The notes under the pieces are model-generated. The model was not told the origin of the DNA. It made no database searches and was given only the letters and a program-made list of their open reading frames with translations. A DNA stretch of 64,000 bases, from the NCBI GenBank assembly GCA_039915645.1, contig JBDSMX010000106.1, forward strand, positions 2,973 to 66,972, in the 5' to 3' direction. The stretch comes from Gemmatimonadales bacterium (GTDB taxonomy: Bacteria > Gemmatimonadota > Gemmatimonadetes > Gemmatimonadales > GWC2-71-9). Positions 9,951-19,456 of this stretch are shown piece by piece; position 1 is the stretch's first letter, and each line of letters opens with the position of its first letter. The position numbers and the translations under genes are program-made.

Positions 9951-11291
9951 TTAGAGCAAAATCGCCGTGGCGAGTCCGAGCAGGAGGCCGAAGCCGCAGA
10001 CGTCGGTGAAAGTGGTAACAAAAATCGATGATGCGATTGCCGGATCGACGCCAAGGCGTTCGAGCAGCACCGGAACGAACGACCCAGCAAACCCGGCGAC
10101 GAAAAGATTGCCGCTGAGCGCAAGGAAGACCACCAGCCCCATCCGCCACGTCGAGCCGAGCAGGACCGAGACCCCGGCAACCACGATGCCGATGGCGACG
10201 CCGTTGATGATCCCCACCAGAATTTCCTTGGTGATGATCGCCCGGCTCTGGTCAATGGGTACCTGCCCCAGGGAGAGACGGCGTACCGACACTGCCAGCG
10301 CCTGCGTGCCGGCGTTGCCCCCCATCCCGGCAACGATCGGCATCCAGATCGCCAACAAGGGGATTCTGGCGATGGAGTCGTTGAAGTAGAGCACGACTGC
10401 CGCCGCGAGGAATGCCGTCAGAAGATTGACGTAGAGCCAGGGGAGTCGACTCCGCACTGCACTCGACCACCGCGCCGAGAGCTCTTCGTCCGGCGAGACA
10501 CCGCCGAATCGCAGCAGGTCCTCGGTCGCCTCGGCCTCGGAAACGTCACTGACGTCGTCGTAGGTGACCCGGCCGAGGAGTCGGCCGTTGGGATCCACCA
10601 CAGGAAGCGCGACGAGGTCGTAGCGTGACATGATCCGGGCGACTTCCTCCTGGTCGACTTCGGCGCCGACGCGGATGTCGGCGTCCTCCATCACATCGCG
10701 CACCAGGCGGGACTGAGCGGTGATCACGAGCTGCTTGAACGACAGCGAGCCGACCAGGCGACGCGCGGTATCAACGACAAAGATTTCGGTGACGTCATCA
10801 ACATCTTCTGCCTGCCGGCGGACCGCCTCCAGCGCCAGTGCCACCGTGTCAAGATCCGTCACCGTGACGAGGTGCGTTGTCATCAGACCGCCGGCCGTTT
10901 CCTCATCGTAGCGAAGCAGGCGGTCGACGTCGGCGCGATCCTCGACACCGGCAAGAATCCGCTCCTGCTCTTCGGGCTCGAGTTCACCGAGCAGGTCAGC
11001 GGCATCGTCGTCCTCGAGCTCATCGACGATCTCGGCGGCCTGTTCGGTATCGAGTGCCGCAACGATTTCTTCGGCGTGCGCTTCGGCCGGCAGCTCGACC
11101 AGCGCCTGCGAGGAGAGCTCTGGCGGGAGCGCGCGGACCAGGGCGAGACGCTCATCCTCGTCGAGGGAAGCGAGGACGTCGGCGAGGTCGGCCGGCTCCA
11201 GTTCCCAGGCCAGCTGAACGAAGGTTTCGAGTCGCCCTTCGCGGACGAGCAGCACGAGTTCGTCGAGCCGGCTATCAGCGGCCGGATTCAT
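9951..11291 (-). CDS. mgtE: Magnesium transporter MgtE
   Basis: 446-aa ORF with an acidic N-terminal MgtE_N region, a CBS pair and a TM domain carrying GMGGNAGTQ. ATGA overlap with the upstream gene. Confidence 0.9.
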   Translation of the reverse strand: MNPAADSRLDELVLLVREGRLETFVQLAWELEPADLADVLASLDEDERLALVRALPPELSSQALVELPAEAHAEEIVAALDTEQAAEIVDELEDDDAADLLGELEPEEQERILAGVEDRADVDRLLRYDEETAGGLMTTHLVTVTDLDTVALALEAVRRQAEDVDDVTEIFVVDTARRLVGSLSFKQLVITAQSRLVRDVMEDADIRVGAEVDQEEVARIMSRYDLVALPVVDPNGRLLGRVTYDDVSDVSEAEATEDLLRFGGVSPDEELSARWSSAVRSRLPWLYVNLLTAFLAAAVVLYFNDSIARIPLLAIWMPIVAGMGGNAGTQALAVSVRRLSLGQVPIDQSRAIITKEILVGIINGVAIGIVVAGVSVLLGSTWRMGLVVFLALSGNLFVAGFAGSFVPVLLERLGVDPAIASSIFVTTFTDVCGFGLLLGLATAILL

Positions 11292-12478
11292 CCCGCGATC
11301 CGGTCGAGATCGAGTGGCGCCGCGGTGCCGCGCCGCACCACGAGACGCTCGATGCGCGTCGGTGAAGCCTGCATCACGTCGATCTCGAGGCCGCGCAGCG
11401 CGAAGCGTTCACCCGCCACTGGAATCCTGCCCACCAACTCGGCAAGCAATCCTCCGAACGATGCGGCACCGCGAGCAGGGAGTTGCACTCCGAAATGCTG
11501 CGCCACCATCTGGGGAGCTTCCGAGCCGTCGAGCTCGAGGAGACTGCCGGAGACCGCGGTCACGACCGGTGGATCGCCCTCTCCCTCTTCGGAGATCTCG
11601 CCGATGAGGCCCTCGAGCAGATCTTCGAAGGTCACCAGGCCAGCCGTGCCGCCGAACTCATCGAGCACGATGGCGAGATGCCGGTGGTCGCGCTGCATGT
11701 CGAGCAGCAGATCGCCAGCGAGGCGACTGACCGGCGCGTACGAGACCGGGCGCACCGGCAGCACATCATCCGGGCGCTGCTTGAAGAGGTCGAAAGCATG
11801 CACCATTCCGGTGATGTCATCGAGCGTGCCACGATAGACCGGAACGCGGGTATAGCCGGATTCCGCGAAGGTGGCGAGAACCTGTGAATGCGTGGCGTCG
11901 GCCGGCACGGCGATCATCTCGGTCCGCGGTGTCATGATCTGGCGCACCGAGCGCTCGGCGAAGGTCATGACACCGCCGACCATCACCAGCTCCTCACCAC
12001 CGAGCCCGGTGGCGTTCCCTTCACGCGCAAGCGCACGGACATCGTCGGCGGGATCGCTGTTGCGCGCAGGAAGGACGAACGCGAGCAGCGCGCTCCAGCT
12101 GCGCAATCCCGACCCCATCCATTCGAGCGTCCGTTCAGCGCGCGGCGCGGTGAACCACCGCGGCAGCAGGTAGCCCCCGAGCAGGGTGGTGGGCACCAGC
12201 AGGAAGGCGATGATGAGCACGAGTTGTGGCAGCAGCAGTTCGCCAAGCAGCCCGGGAACAACCGCGCCAATCAGGGCGACACCCAGCGAGGTGGCCGCGA
12301 CCGATGCCGCGACCTGCCGCTGCGTCGCTGACACCCACTCGAGCGAATCGTCGCCACCGCGGAGTCGACGCGAAATGGTTTCCGCGAGGGTCGCGCGCGC
12401 GGTCGTCACCAGAGCCGCTGCGCCGGATGAGCCGAAGAAGGCCACCAGCAGGCCGGCGATCAGGAGCAGCCAGTTCAC
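11288..12478 (-). CDS. CNNM/CorC-family protein (DUF21 TM domain + CBS pair + CorC_HlyC)
   Basis: 396 aa with N-terminal TM helices, IMTPRTEMIAV, a CBS pair and a C-terminal transporter-associated domain. GTG start in a GTGA overlap with the upstream paralog. Confidence 0.8.
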   Translation of the reverse strand: MNWLLLIAGLLVAFFGSSGAAALVTTARATLAETISRRLRGGDDSLEWVSATQRQVAASVAATSLGVALIGAVVPGLLGELLLPQLVLIIAFLLVPTTLLGGYLLPRWFTAPRAERTLEWMGSGLRSWSALLAFVLPARNSDPADDVRALAREGNATGLGGEELVMVGGVMTFAERSVRQIMTPRTEMIAVPADATHSQVLATFAESGYTRVPVYRGTLDDITGMVHAFDLFKQRPDDVLPVRPVSYAPVSRLAGDLLLDMQRDHRHLAIVLDEFGGTAGLVTFEDLLEGLIGEISEEGEGDPPVVTAVSGSLLELDGSEAPQMVAQHFGVQLPARGAASFGGLLAELVGRIPVAGERFALRGLEIDVMQASPTRIERLVVRRGTAAPLDLDRIAG

Positions 12479-13668
12479 TGAGTCGCCTCCTGCTCGATCG
12501 GCATCTCGGCAGTATGTGGCGCCCAGAATGCGACCCGCCGAATGCGCCGTCGCACCACGAGTTCAATCACCACTTTCCAGCCATCGATCTCCATCGCCTC
12601 ACCGGCGCGCGGCACGCGTCCAAGCGCCGCGAGCACGAGTCCGCCCACAGTGGCGACATCCTCGCGCTCGAAGTCGTGCTCGAGCTCGGCTTCGAGATCG
12701 GCAAGCGGCACGCCGCCCTCGACGACCCAGTGTCCATCCGGCAGTTGCTGAACCGGCTTCACTTCGTCGACATCGTGCTCGTCCTGAATTTCGCCAACGA
12801 TCTGCTCCAGAATGTCTTCAAGTGTGACCAGTCCAGCGGTACCGCCGAACTCGTCGACCACCACTGCCAGGTGACCCGGGCCGCGCTGGAAATCCCGCAA
12901 TTGGCGATCGAGTGTCTTGGCCGTCGGTACGAACGATGCCGGGCGAATCAGCGACTGCCAGTCGTCGGTCGGCGGCGGCGCGGCGTAGAGGCGTGGCAGG
13001 ACGTCCTTGGCATAGATCACGCCGATCACGGCATCCGGGTGACCGTCGAGCACCAGCAGTCGCGCATGCTCACTCCGTCGCAAGGTCGCGACGACCTGCG
13101 GCTCGGTCTCGTCGACCTGCACGGCGATGATGTCGAGCCGCGGCGTCATCACCTCGGCCACCTGCATCTCGGCCAGCGAGAAGACGCCGAGTGCCATCTC
13201 CTGGGGCGAGTGCCCGTCGGGACGGGCTGTGACGCGCGAGGGATCAACGCGGCCCCCGTCGAACCGGGTCGCCATCCAGAGGAGTGGAGCGAAGAGTGGG
13301 CGCGAGGCGAGCGCGAGTTGGCGCGCGTAGGGTACGATTTCCGGTGCCAGCGTCGCGAGGAGTCGCGGCGCGAGATCGCCGACGGTCCAGACCAGGACGG
13401 CGACCAACAGCACGCGGATGAGCGCGAGTGCTGGCGGATAGGCCCACCAGGCAACCGCGGTAGCTGCAATTGCAGCGGCGGCGGTAAGGGAGGCGAGATG
13501 AATGACGTGGAGCACCCGTTCCGGCGGGAGTTCATCCGCACTCGGGTCGCGCGCGAGCGCTCGTGCGCCAAGCTCGGTATCGCCTTCGCCCGCGAGGGCG
13601 ACCAGCCCGGCCCAGAGCATCACGATACCGGCGATCGCGGGCCACATCGCCTGCAGCAGCGCGGTCAT
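12475..13668 (-). CDS. CNNM/CorC-family protein (DUF21 + CBS pair + CorC_HlyC), tandem paralog
   Basis: Same architecture as the neighbouring gene (VMTPRLDIIAV). Start placed at ATG 13668, which forms an ATGA overlap with the ybeY stop; the tracked start at 13704 is also possible. Confidence 0.8.
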   Translation of the reverse strand: MTALLQAMWPAIAGIVMLWAGLVALAGEGDTELGARALARDPSADELPPERVLHVIHLASLTAAAAIAATAVAWWAYPPALALIRVLLVAVLVWTVGDLAPRLLATLAPEIVPYARQLALASRPLFAPLLWMATRFDGGRVDPSRVTARPDGHSPQEMALGVFSLAEMQVAEVMTPRLDIIAVQVDETEPQVVATLRRSEHARLLVLDGHPDAVIGVIYAKDVLPRLYAAPPPTDDWQSLIRPASFVPTAKTLDRQLRDFQRGPGHLAVVVDEFGGTAGLVTLEDILEQIVGEIQDEHDVDEVKPVQQLPDGHWVVEGGVPLADLEAELEHDFEREDVATVGGLVLAALGRVPRAGEAMEIDGWKVVIELVVRRRIRRVAFWAPHTAEMPIEQEATQ

Positions 13669-14096
13669 GTGAGCGCCCTGACATAATGCTCCTGCTTCTG
13701 CCACATCGGCGATGCGGTCCGCCCTTCACCCTCGGGATGATCGTAGCCGAGGACGTGGAGCGTGCCGTGCACCACGAGCCGCACCAGCTCCTCGCGGACG
13801 CGAATCCCGCGGCTGTGCGCTTCGCGCGCGGCGACCGCAGGACAGATGTAGAGATCGCCCGTGAGCGAACCGTCCGGCATCGGCAACGAGAATGAGATGA
13901 CGTCGGTGGCCCAGTCGTGGTCCTTGTACTCGGCGTTGAGGTTCCGCATTCGCCGTGGACCGAGAAAGGTCACCACAAAGGATGCGTCGCGACGCTCGCC
14001 GTCGAGCACCCGCGTGACTGCCTCGCGAACGACGCGCGTCGGCAATTTCCCTGCGGTGCCACCCACCACCACATCGGCGCGCGCGGGGCGACTCAT
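13665..14096 (-). CDS. ybeY: rRNA maturation endoribonuclease YbeY
   Basis: Zinc motif HGTLHVLGYDH. ATG at 14096 overlaps the phoH stop by 1 nt (TGATG); a TTG at 14099 is the alternative start. Confidence 0.9.
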   Translation of the reverse strand: MSRPARADVVVGGTAGKLPTRVVREAVTRVLDGERRDASFVVTFLGPRRMRNLNAEYKDHDWATDVISFSLPMPDGSLTGDLYICPAVAAREAHSRGIRVREELVRLVVHGTLHVLGYDHPEGEGRTASPMWQKQEHYVRALT

Positions 14097-15052
14097 CAAC
14101 CCGCCTGATCCTCCGCGTACGCGCGGATGATGTCACGCACCAGACGATGACGCACCACGTCCTCGTCTGTGAGGTAGTGAAAGCCGATCCCTTCGATCCC
14201 CGGCAGCACGCGCTCGATCTGCACGAGGCCACTGTCCTCCCGCCTCGGCAAGTCGATCTGCGTCTTGTCGCCGGTCACGACCACCTTGCTGTTCACTCCC
14301 AGGCGCGTGAGGAACATCTTCATCTGGGCGATCGTGGCGTTCTGCGCTTCGTCGAGGATGATGAACGCGTCGGCGAGTGTCCGGCCACGCATATATGCCA
14401 GCGGCGCGATCTCGATCGTGCGGGTTTCCAGCGCCTTCTGGACCTTCTCGTGCGGCATCATGTCTTCGAGCGCATCGTAGAGCGGACGGAGATACGGATC
14501 CACCTTCTGCTGCAGGTCGCCGGGAAGAAAGCCGAGCGACTCGCCGGCCTCGACCGCTGGCCGAGCGAGCACGATACGCTTGACCCGCTTGCGAGCGAGT
14601 GCTTCGACAGCCTTGGCCACCGCGAGATAGGTCTTCCCCGTCCCTGCGGGCCCGATGCCGATCACGATGTCGTGATTGTTGATGACGTTGAGGTATTCCC
14701 GCTGCCCTGCCGTCTTGGCCATGATGGCGCGACGCATTCCCGGAATGACCACCTTGAGGCCATCACCGGCCGTCGCCACTTCCGCCACGTGCCCATCACT
14801 TGCGAGGCGATACACGTCCTCAGGCTCGATCGGCTGTCCCGCACGCGCCAGGTCGATGAATCCCTGAACCACCGGCGTCGCACGTTCGATCTGCGCCAGA
14901 GAGCCGAGCAGCGTGATGGCATCGCCACGCTGGGAAATTCGCACGCCGATCGCGCGTTGAATCTCCGCGAAGTTGGCTTCATTCACGCCCGCAAGCAGGA
15001 GAGGATCCGCCCCTTCGGCGTTGAGCGTATGGCGGATGTCCTCACTATGCAT
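14096..15052 (-). CDS. phoH: PhoH-like ATPase (YbeZ)
   Basis: Walker A GPAGTGKTYLAVA and the conserved phoH-ybeY-corC order. Start taken at ATG 15052 (MHSEDIRH), an 8-nt overlap with aspS. Confidence 0.85.
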   Translation of the reverse strand: MHSEDIRHTLNAEGADPLLLAGVNEANFAEIQRAIGVRISQRGDAITLLGSLAQIERATPVVQGFIDLARAGQPIEPEDVYRLASDGHVAEVATAGDGLKVVIPGMRRAIMAKTAGQREYLNVINNHDIVIGIGPAGTGKTYLAVAKAVEALARKRVKRIVLARPAVEAGESLGFLPGDLQQKVDPYLRPLYDALEDMMPHEKVQKALETRTIEIAPLAYMRGRTLADAFIILDEAQNATIAQMKMFLTRLGVNSKVVVTGDKTQIDLPRREDSGLVQIERVLPGIEGIGFHYLTDEDVVRHRLVRDIIRAYAEDQAG

Positions 15053-16826
15053 TCGGTGTCCCCACGGTAGTCTGGAGATGCAAGGCGGCAAGATCCTTTG
15101 TGGCGACGGTCACGGGCGCCCCTTCGAAGAGTGCCCGGGCAGCCGCCGTCTTAGGAAACGCAATCACGTCACGGAGCGAGGGCGCACCCGCGAGCAGCAT
15201 GGCAATGCGGTCGAAGCCCAGTGCAAATCCGCCATGCGGTGGTGCGCCCGAACCCAGTGCGTTGAGCAGGAATCCGAAGCGACGCTGCTGCTCCTCGGCC
15301 GGGATCCCCAGAAAACGGAACACTGTTCCCTGCAACACCGGATCCGTAATCCGGATCGAGCCGCTGCCGAGTTCACTGCCGTTGTAGACGGCATCATAGT
15401 GAAGCGCGCGGCAGCGCTGCGGTTCCGTTTCGAGATACTGCAGGTCGTCTGGATGCGGAGACGTAAACGGATGGTGGGTGAACACCCAGCTGTCGGTTGC
15501 GGTGTCATGCTCGAAGAGCGGGAAATCCACCACCCACGCAAAAGCGTGCTTCACCTTCGGCACCACACCGGGGTGACGGGTGAGCGCCGTCCGCACGGCG
15601 TGGAGTGCCGGATGGGTCACCACGTCCTTGCCGACCACGGCGACGAAGAGGTCACCGACCGCAGCTCCAGTCTCGGTCAGCGCCTTTGCACCGATCGCCT
15701 TGACGCCCTGCCCTTCCCAACCGGCCTCGGCGCGTCTGGCCCAGATGAGTCCCCCCGCGCCAGCTCCCTTGGCGGTTTCGCCGAGCTGGTCGAGTTCCTT
15801 GCGACTGATGGTCCCGAGTCCCGGAGCCACTATCGCGCGGACCCGCCCGCCGGTCGCGATGCCCTCGCGGACAAACTCGGCGGCATCGTCCCCGATCTTC
15901 GCGGTGACATCCTGGATCTCGAGACCGAAACGCAGGTCCGGCTTGTCGATCCCGAACCGTTCCATCGCATCGCGGTGGGTCAAGCGCTGAAACGGGACCG
16001 AGGCCGATTCCCCGGCTTCATCCCAGAGCTCGAGCAGGACCTTCTCGATCACCGGAAGGATGTCCTCCTGTCCGACGAACGAGGCCTCGAGGTCAATCTG
16101 CGTGAACTCCGGCTGACGATCGGCGCGGAGATCTTCATCGCGGAAGCAGCGCGCGAGCTGGAAGTAGCGATCGAAGCCGGCCACCATCAACAGCTGCTTG
16201 TAGATCTGCGGCGACTGGGGCAGCGCGTAGAACTCGCCCGGATGGACTCGCGAAGGCACGAGGTAGTCACGGGCGCCCTCAGGCGTCGGCTTGGTGAGGA
16301 TCGGCGTTTCGATTTCGAGGAAGCCGAGGTCGGTCAAGGTTCGACGCGCCCGCTGCAGCAAGCGGTGGCGCATGATGATGTTGGCCTGGAGCTCGGGGCG
16401 ACGGAGGTCGAGCACCCGGTGCTCGAGCCGCAGCTCTTCCGATGCCAGCTCCTCGCCTTCGCGTCGGGCAACCTGGATCGCCGGGGTCACCGCCGGCCCG
16501 ACAACCCGGATCTCCCGGACCTGCACTTCGATTTCGCGCGAGGTCATGCCGGCATCCCGGGCCGGTTCATGACGAAGCGCAACCACACCTTCGACCAGCA
16601 CCACAGTCTCGGCACCAAGGGTCGCCGCGCGCGAGAGGACCTCCGGCGAGGTCCACGAGGGGTCGCAGGAAAGCTGGACCAGCCCATCCCGATCGCGCAG
16701 ATCAAGGAAGACGATTCCACCGAGATCGCGGCGCCGGTGGATCCAGCCGCCGAGACGAACGGTAGCGCCGAGCTCGGCGCGGGTCAGTGAACCAGCGCGA
16801 TGGGTACGGAGAGAGGTGCTGTGCAT
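15045..16826 (-). CDS. aspS: Aspartyl-tRNA synthetase
   Basis: 593-aa class II synthetase with an N-terminal OB fold (GWIHRRRDLGGIVFLDLRD), FRDEDLRADRQPEFTQID and GGFALGFDR. Confidence 0.95.
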   Translation of the reverse strand: MHSTSLRTHRAGSLTRAELGATVRLGGWIHRRRDLGGIVFLDLRDRDGLVQLSCDPSWTSPEVLSRAATLGAETVVLVEGVVALRHEPARDAGMTSREIEVQVREIRVVGPAVTPAIQVARREGEELASEELRLEHRVLDLRRPELQANIIMRHRLLQRARRTLTDLGFLEIETPILTKPTPEGARDYLVPSRVHPGEFYALPQSPQIYKQLLMVAGFDRYFQLARCFRDEDLRADRQPEFTQIDLEASFVGQEDILPVIEKVLLELWDEAGESASVPFQRLTHRDAMERFGIDKPDLRFGLEIQDVTAKIGDDAAEFVREGIATGGRVRAIVAPGLGTISRKELDQLGETAKGAGAGGLIWARRAEAGWEGQGVKAIGAKALTETGAAVGDLFVAVVGKDVVTHPALHAVRTALTRHPGVVPKVKHAFAWVVDFPLFEHDTATDSWVFTHHPFTSPHPDDLQYLETEPQRCRALHYDAVYNGSELGSGSIRITDPVLQGTVFRFLGIPAEEQQRRFGFLLNALGSGAPPHGGFALGFDRIAMLLAGAPSLRDVIAFPKTAAARALFEGAPVTVATKDLAALHLQTTVGTPNA

Positions 16827-16920
16827 TGACCGAAACTAACGCGCCCGGGAGGGGGACGAAAGGAAAGCTCCGACTCAGGTGACTCGCCGCAAGTGGGCCA
16901 AGGACTTAGGTTTCCGCGAT

Positions 16921-17985
16921 ATGTCCACGCCGCTGACCTTGCTCGATCTCGCCCCCGCCGACGCCAACGAACGACTGCGCGCCTGGGTCGCCTCCGAGGG
17001 GCTCCCTGCCTACCGCGCCGGGCAGCTGCTCCGACGGCTGTGGGTGGCACCCGTTTCGTCCTGGCTGGAGGCCACCGAGCTCCCCAAGGCATTGCGGGAA
17101 CGCCTCGAGGAGGCCTGGCCGCTCCCCCGGCTGGTTCCCGACGTGATCCAGCAGTCACAGGATGGGACGCGAAAGTATCTCTGGACCCTCCCGGATGGCG
17201 AGAAGGTCGAGTCGGTGCTGATCCCTTCGGCCGGACGCAGGACCCTGTGCATCTCATCGCAGGCTGGGTGCGCCCTCGGCTGCGTCTTCTGCGCTACCGG
17301 GCTCATGGGCTTTCGTCGCAACTTGACGGCGTGGGAAATCGCCTGCCAGGTCCGTGAAATCGTCCTGGCAACACCCGACGACAAGCCCACCAACATCGTC
17401 TTCATGGGAATGGGCGAGCCACTGCTCAATTGGCCCGCAGTCGACGCGACGCTTTCGATCCTGAATCACCCCGATGGCTTCGGCATCGGGGCACGGCACA
17501 TCACGGTGTCGACGGTGGGAATCGTGCCGGGAATGAAGGCACTCGCAGCGCGACCGGAGCAGTTCCGGCTCGCGATCTCGATGCATTCGCCGAACGCGGC
17601 CGATCGCCAATCGCTGATGCCGATCGAGAAGAAGTACTCCCTCAAAGAAGTGCTCGACGTTGCGAAGACGTTCGCCAAGCGAATCACCTTCGAGTATGTG
17701 ATGATCGCCGGACGCAACGATCGCGACGAGGATGCGGCGGTGCTGGCATCCCTCGCCCGCAAGCTCGGCGCCCACGTCAACCTGTTGCCGTTGCATCCTG
17801 GCGGTGCTCCCGGACTGGTGCCCACCACCGTCCCGCGCATCAAGGAGTTCCGCGAGTACCTGACCGACTGCGGGATCGAAGCCGTGGTGCGGCGTTCGCG
17901 GGGACTCGATATCGATGCCGCGTGCGGACAGCTCAGGGTGCAGATGGAAAAGCGTCGCCGGGCCGACCAGACTGCGACGACCTAG
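16921..17985 (+). CDS. rlmN: 23S rRNA/tRNA A-C2 methyltransferase RlmN (radical SAM)
   Basis: Radical-SAM cluster motif CALGCVFCATG and the downstream GMGEPL. ATG 16921 is preferred; the tracked GTG at 16879 is possible. Confidence 0.85.
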   Translation: MSTPLTLLDLAPADANERLRAWVASEGLPAYRAGQLLRRLWVAPVSSWLEATELPKALRERLEEAWPLPRLVPDVIQQSQDGTRKYLWTLPDGEKVESVLIPSAGRRTLCISSQAGCALGCVFCATGLMGFRRNLTAWEIACQVREIVLATPDDKPTNIVFMGMGEPLLNWPAVDATLSILNHPDGFGIGARHITVSTVGIVPGMKALAARPEQFRLAISMHSPNAADRQSLMPIEKKYSLKEVLDVAKTFAKRITFEYVMIAGRNDRDEDAAVLASLARKLGAHVNLLPLHPGGAPGLVPTTVPRIKEFREYLTDCGIEAVVRRSRGLDIDAACGQLRVQMEKRRRADQTATT

Positions 17986-18006
17986 ACTCCTCTTCTTCTC
18001 GCAGGA

Positions 18007-18414
18007 ATGAGGTCGAGCGTGCCGAATACGTCATTCAGCCCTGCCCTGTTGGTCGCGGTGGCCGTCGGAAGTGCCATTGGCGGCGTGGCTCGCTACCTCA
18101 TGACGCTGCTGGTGCAGCCGCGCGATGTGGCCTTTCCGCTCGGCACGCTCGCCGTGAACATCCTCGGCTGCTTCCTCATCGGCGCCATCGCGCAGTACTC
18201 GCTCGCCCCCGGCCGTCTCTCACCCGAATTGCGCGTGTTGCTGATTTCAGGGTTCTGCGGCGGCTTCACCACCTTCTCCACCTTCTCGTTCGAAAGCCTG
18301 GAGCTCATCCAGGCCGGCGCGTGGTCCCGCGCCCTCGTCTATGCACTTGCCTCGGTCGGAGTCGGCATCGCCGCCGTCTACGTCGGGACGCTCACGGTGC
18401 GCGCCGCGACCTGA
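18007..18414 (+). CDS. crcB: Fluoride channel CrcB/FluC
   Basis: 135 aa with four TM segments, GTLAVNILGCFLIG and GFCGGFTTFSTFS. Confidence 0.9.
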   Translation: MRSSVPNTSFSPALLVAVAVGSAIGGVARYLMTLLVQPRDVAFPLGTLAVNILGCFLIGAIAQYSLAPGRLSPELRVLLISGFCGGFTTFSTFSFESLELIQAGAWSRALVYALASVGVGIAAVYVGTLTVRAAT

Positions 18415-18435
18415 TCGCCCTGCGGGTCTGTCGAA

Positions 18436-19419
18436 CTACCTCAACTTGACCCAGGCCGCAATATCCGCGATCACCGAGGGATCGACGTGTCCGGGAACGG
18501 CGTAGTCGTTCGGGGATGGAGGTCCCTTTCCCGCGATGAAGAGATGGCTCAACGCGTCGTATCGTCCGACGGTGGTGTTGTCGCGTGGGCCGAGCGCGCG
18601 AAGGTAGTCGGCGAGTTGATCGGGCGTCACCTGATAGTCGCGCATTCCCTGCAGGATCAGCAACGGCACCTTCACGTCGCGCATGGCAACGGCCGCGTCA
18701 TAGGCGTTGAGATCGAGAAAATACTTGGCGGGTGCACCGAGGATGATCTGCAGATTGGTCGAATCGGCGGGCACCAGTGCGCGAATGCGGGCCAGGCGCG
18801 GGGCGAGCATTTGTTGTTGCGCCTTCACTGCCTTGAGGGTGACCGAGTCTCCGGTCGAGACCGACGCGATGTAGGCGAGCTGCCGATCGACCTGATCGGC
18901 CAATGATGCGCGTGTTGCACCGGCGAGCAGCACGATCCCCGCGAGTTTGCCGTCGGCCTTGGCGATGCGTGGCGCCAGTATTCCGCCGAGCGAGTGGCCG
19001 ATCATGACGGTGCGTCCCGCGTTGACTTCCGGTTGGGCGCGAAGCACGGTGAGCGCGCTCACGGCGTCCTCGACCGTCTCATCCCACACCGTGAACGGCT
19101 TCCCTGCAAACCACATCGGCGCGACCTTCGACCGCTTGTCGTAGCGCAGGACCGCAACGCCCTGTTGCGCCAGGCCCCAGGCGATGTCGCGGTACGGCTT
19201 GTCCGGCCCGATGGTGAGATCGCGATCACCGGCGCCAGAGCCGTGGACAATGATGAGTGCAGGAAAAGGACCTTTCCCCGCCGGAATGGAAAGCGTCCCC
19301 GGCAGCGGAACCGGACCGGGAATCATCACGGCGCGCTCGACGACACCGGTGGGTGGTTCCTGGGCTTCGAGTCGCGGGGCACAGAGCGCGAGCAGCAGGA
19401 CGGGAATGATTTGCCGCAT
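18436..19419 (-). CDS. Secreted alpha/beta-hydrolase (serine hydrolase)
   Basis: Start re-assigned to ATG 19419 (MRQIIPVLLLALCAPRLEAQ, a signal peptide). Nucleophile elbow GHSLGG. The tracked 92-aa N-terminal extension is Arg/Trp-rich and looks like junk. Confidence 0.7.
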   Translation of the reverse strand: MRQIIPVLLLALCAPRLEAQEPPTGVVERAVMIPGPVPLPGTLSIPAGKGPFPALIIVHGSGAGDRDLTIGPDKPYRDIAWGLAQQGVAVLRYDKRSKVAPMWFAGKPFTVWDETVEDAVSALTVLRAQPEVNAGRTVMIGHSLGGILAPRIAKADGKLAGIVLLAGATRASLADQVDRQLAYIASVSTGDSVTLKAVKAQQQMLAPRLARIRALVPADSTNLQIILGAPAKYFLDLNAYDAAVAMRDVKVPLLILQGMRDYQVTPDQLADYLRALGPRDNTTVGRYDALSHLFIAGKGPPSPNDYAVPGHVDPSVIADIAAWVKLR

Positions 19420-19456
19420 GGTGCATCCCTTCGGGAAAAGTGATTGGAACGAGCGG

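Noticed and set aside
14973-16790. 605-aa plus-strand ORF antisense to aspS. Similar long antisense ORFs occur at 7778-8863, 8797-9954, 12226-13686, 24707-25975, 26520-28214, 28463-29947, 35002-36732, 35850-37475, 43239-44714, 44630-46687, 50430-51968 and 61614-62762.
   Set aside because: Each lies opposite a gene with clear family motifs. Their translations are Arg/Pro/Gly/His-rich, low-complexity and lack motifs. Open antisense frames are expected at this GC content because stop codons are rare.
17986-18006. Possible fluoride riboswitch upstream of crcB.
   Set aside because: Only 21 nt separate rlmN and crcB, which is too short for the crcB RNA motif. crcB appears simply co-transcribed with rlmN.
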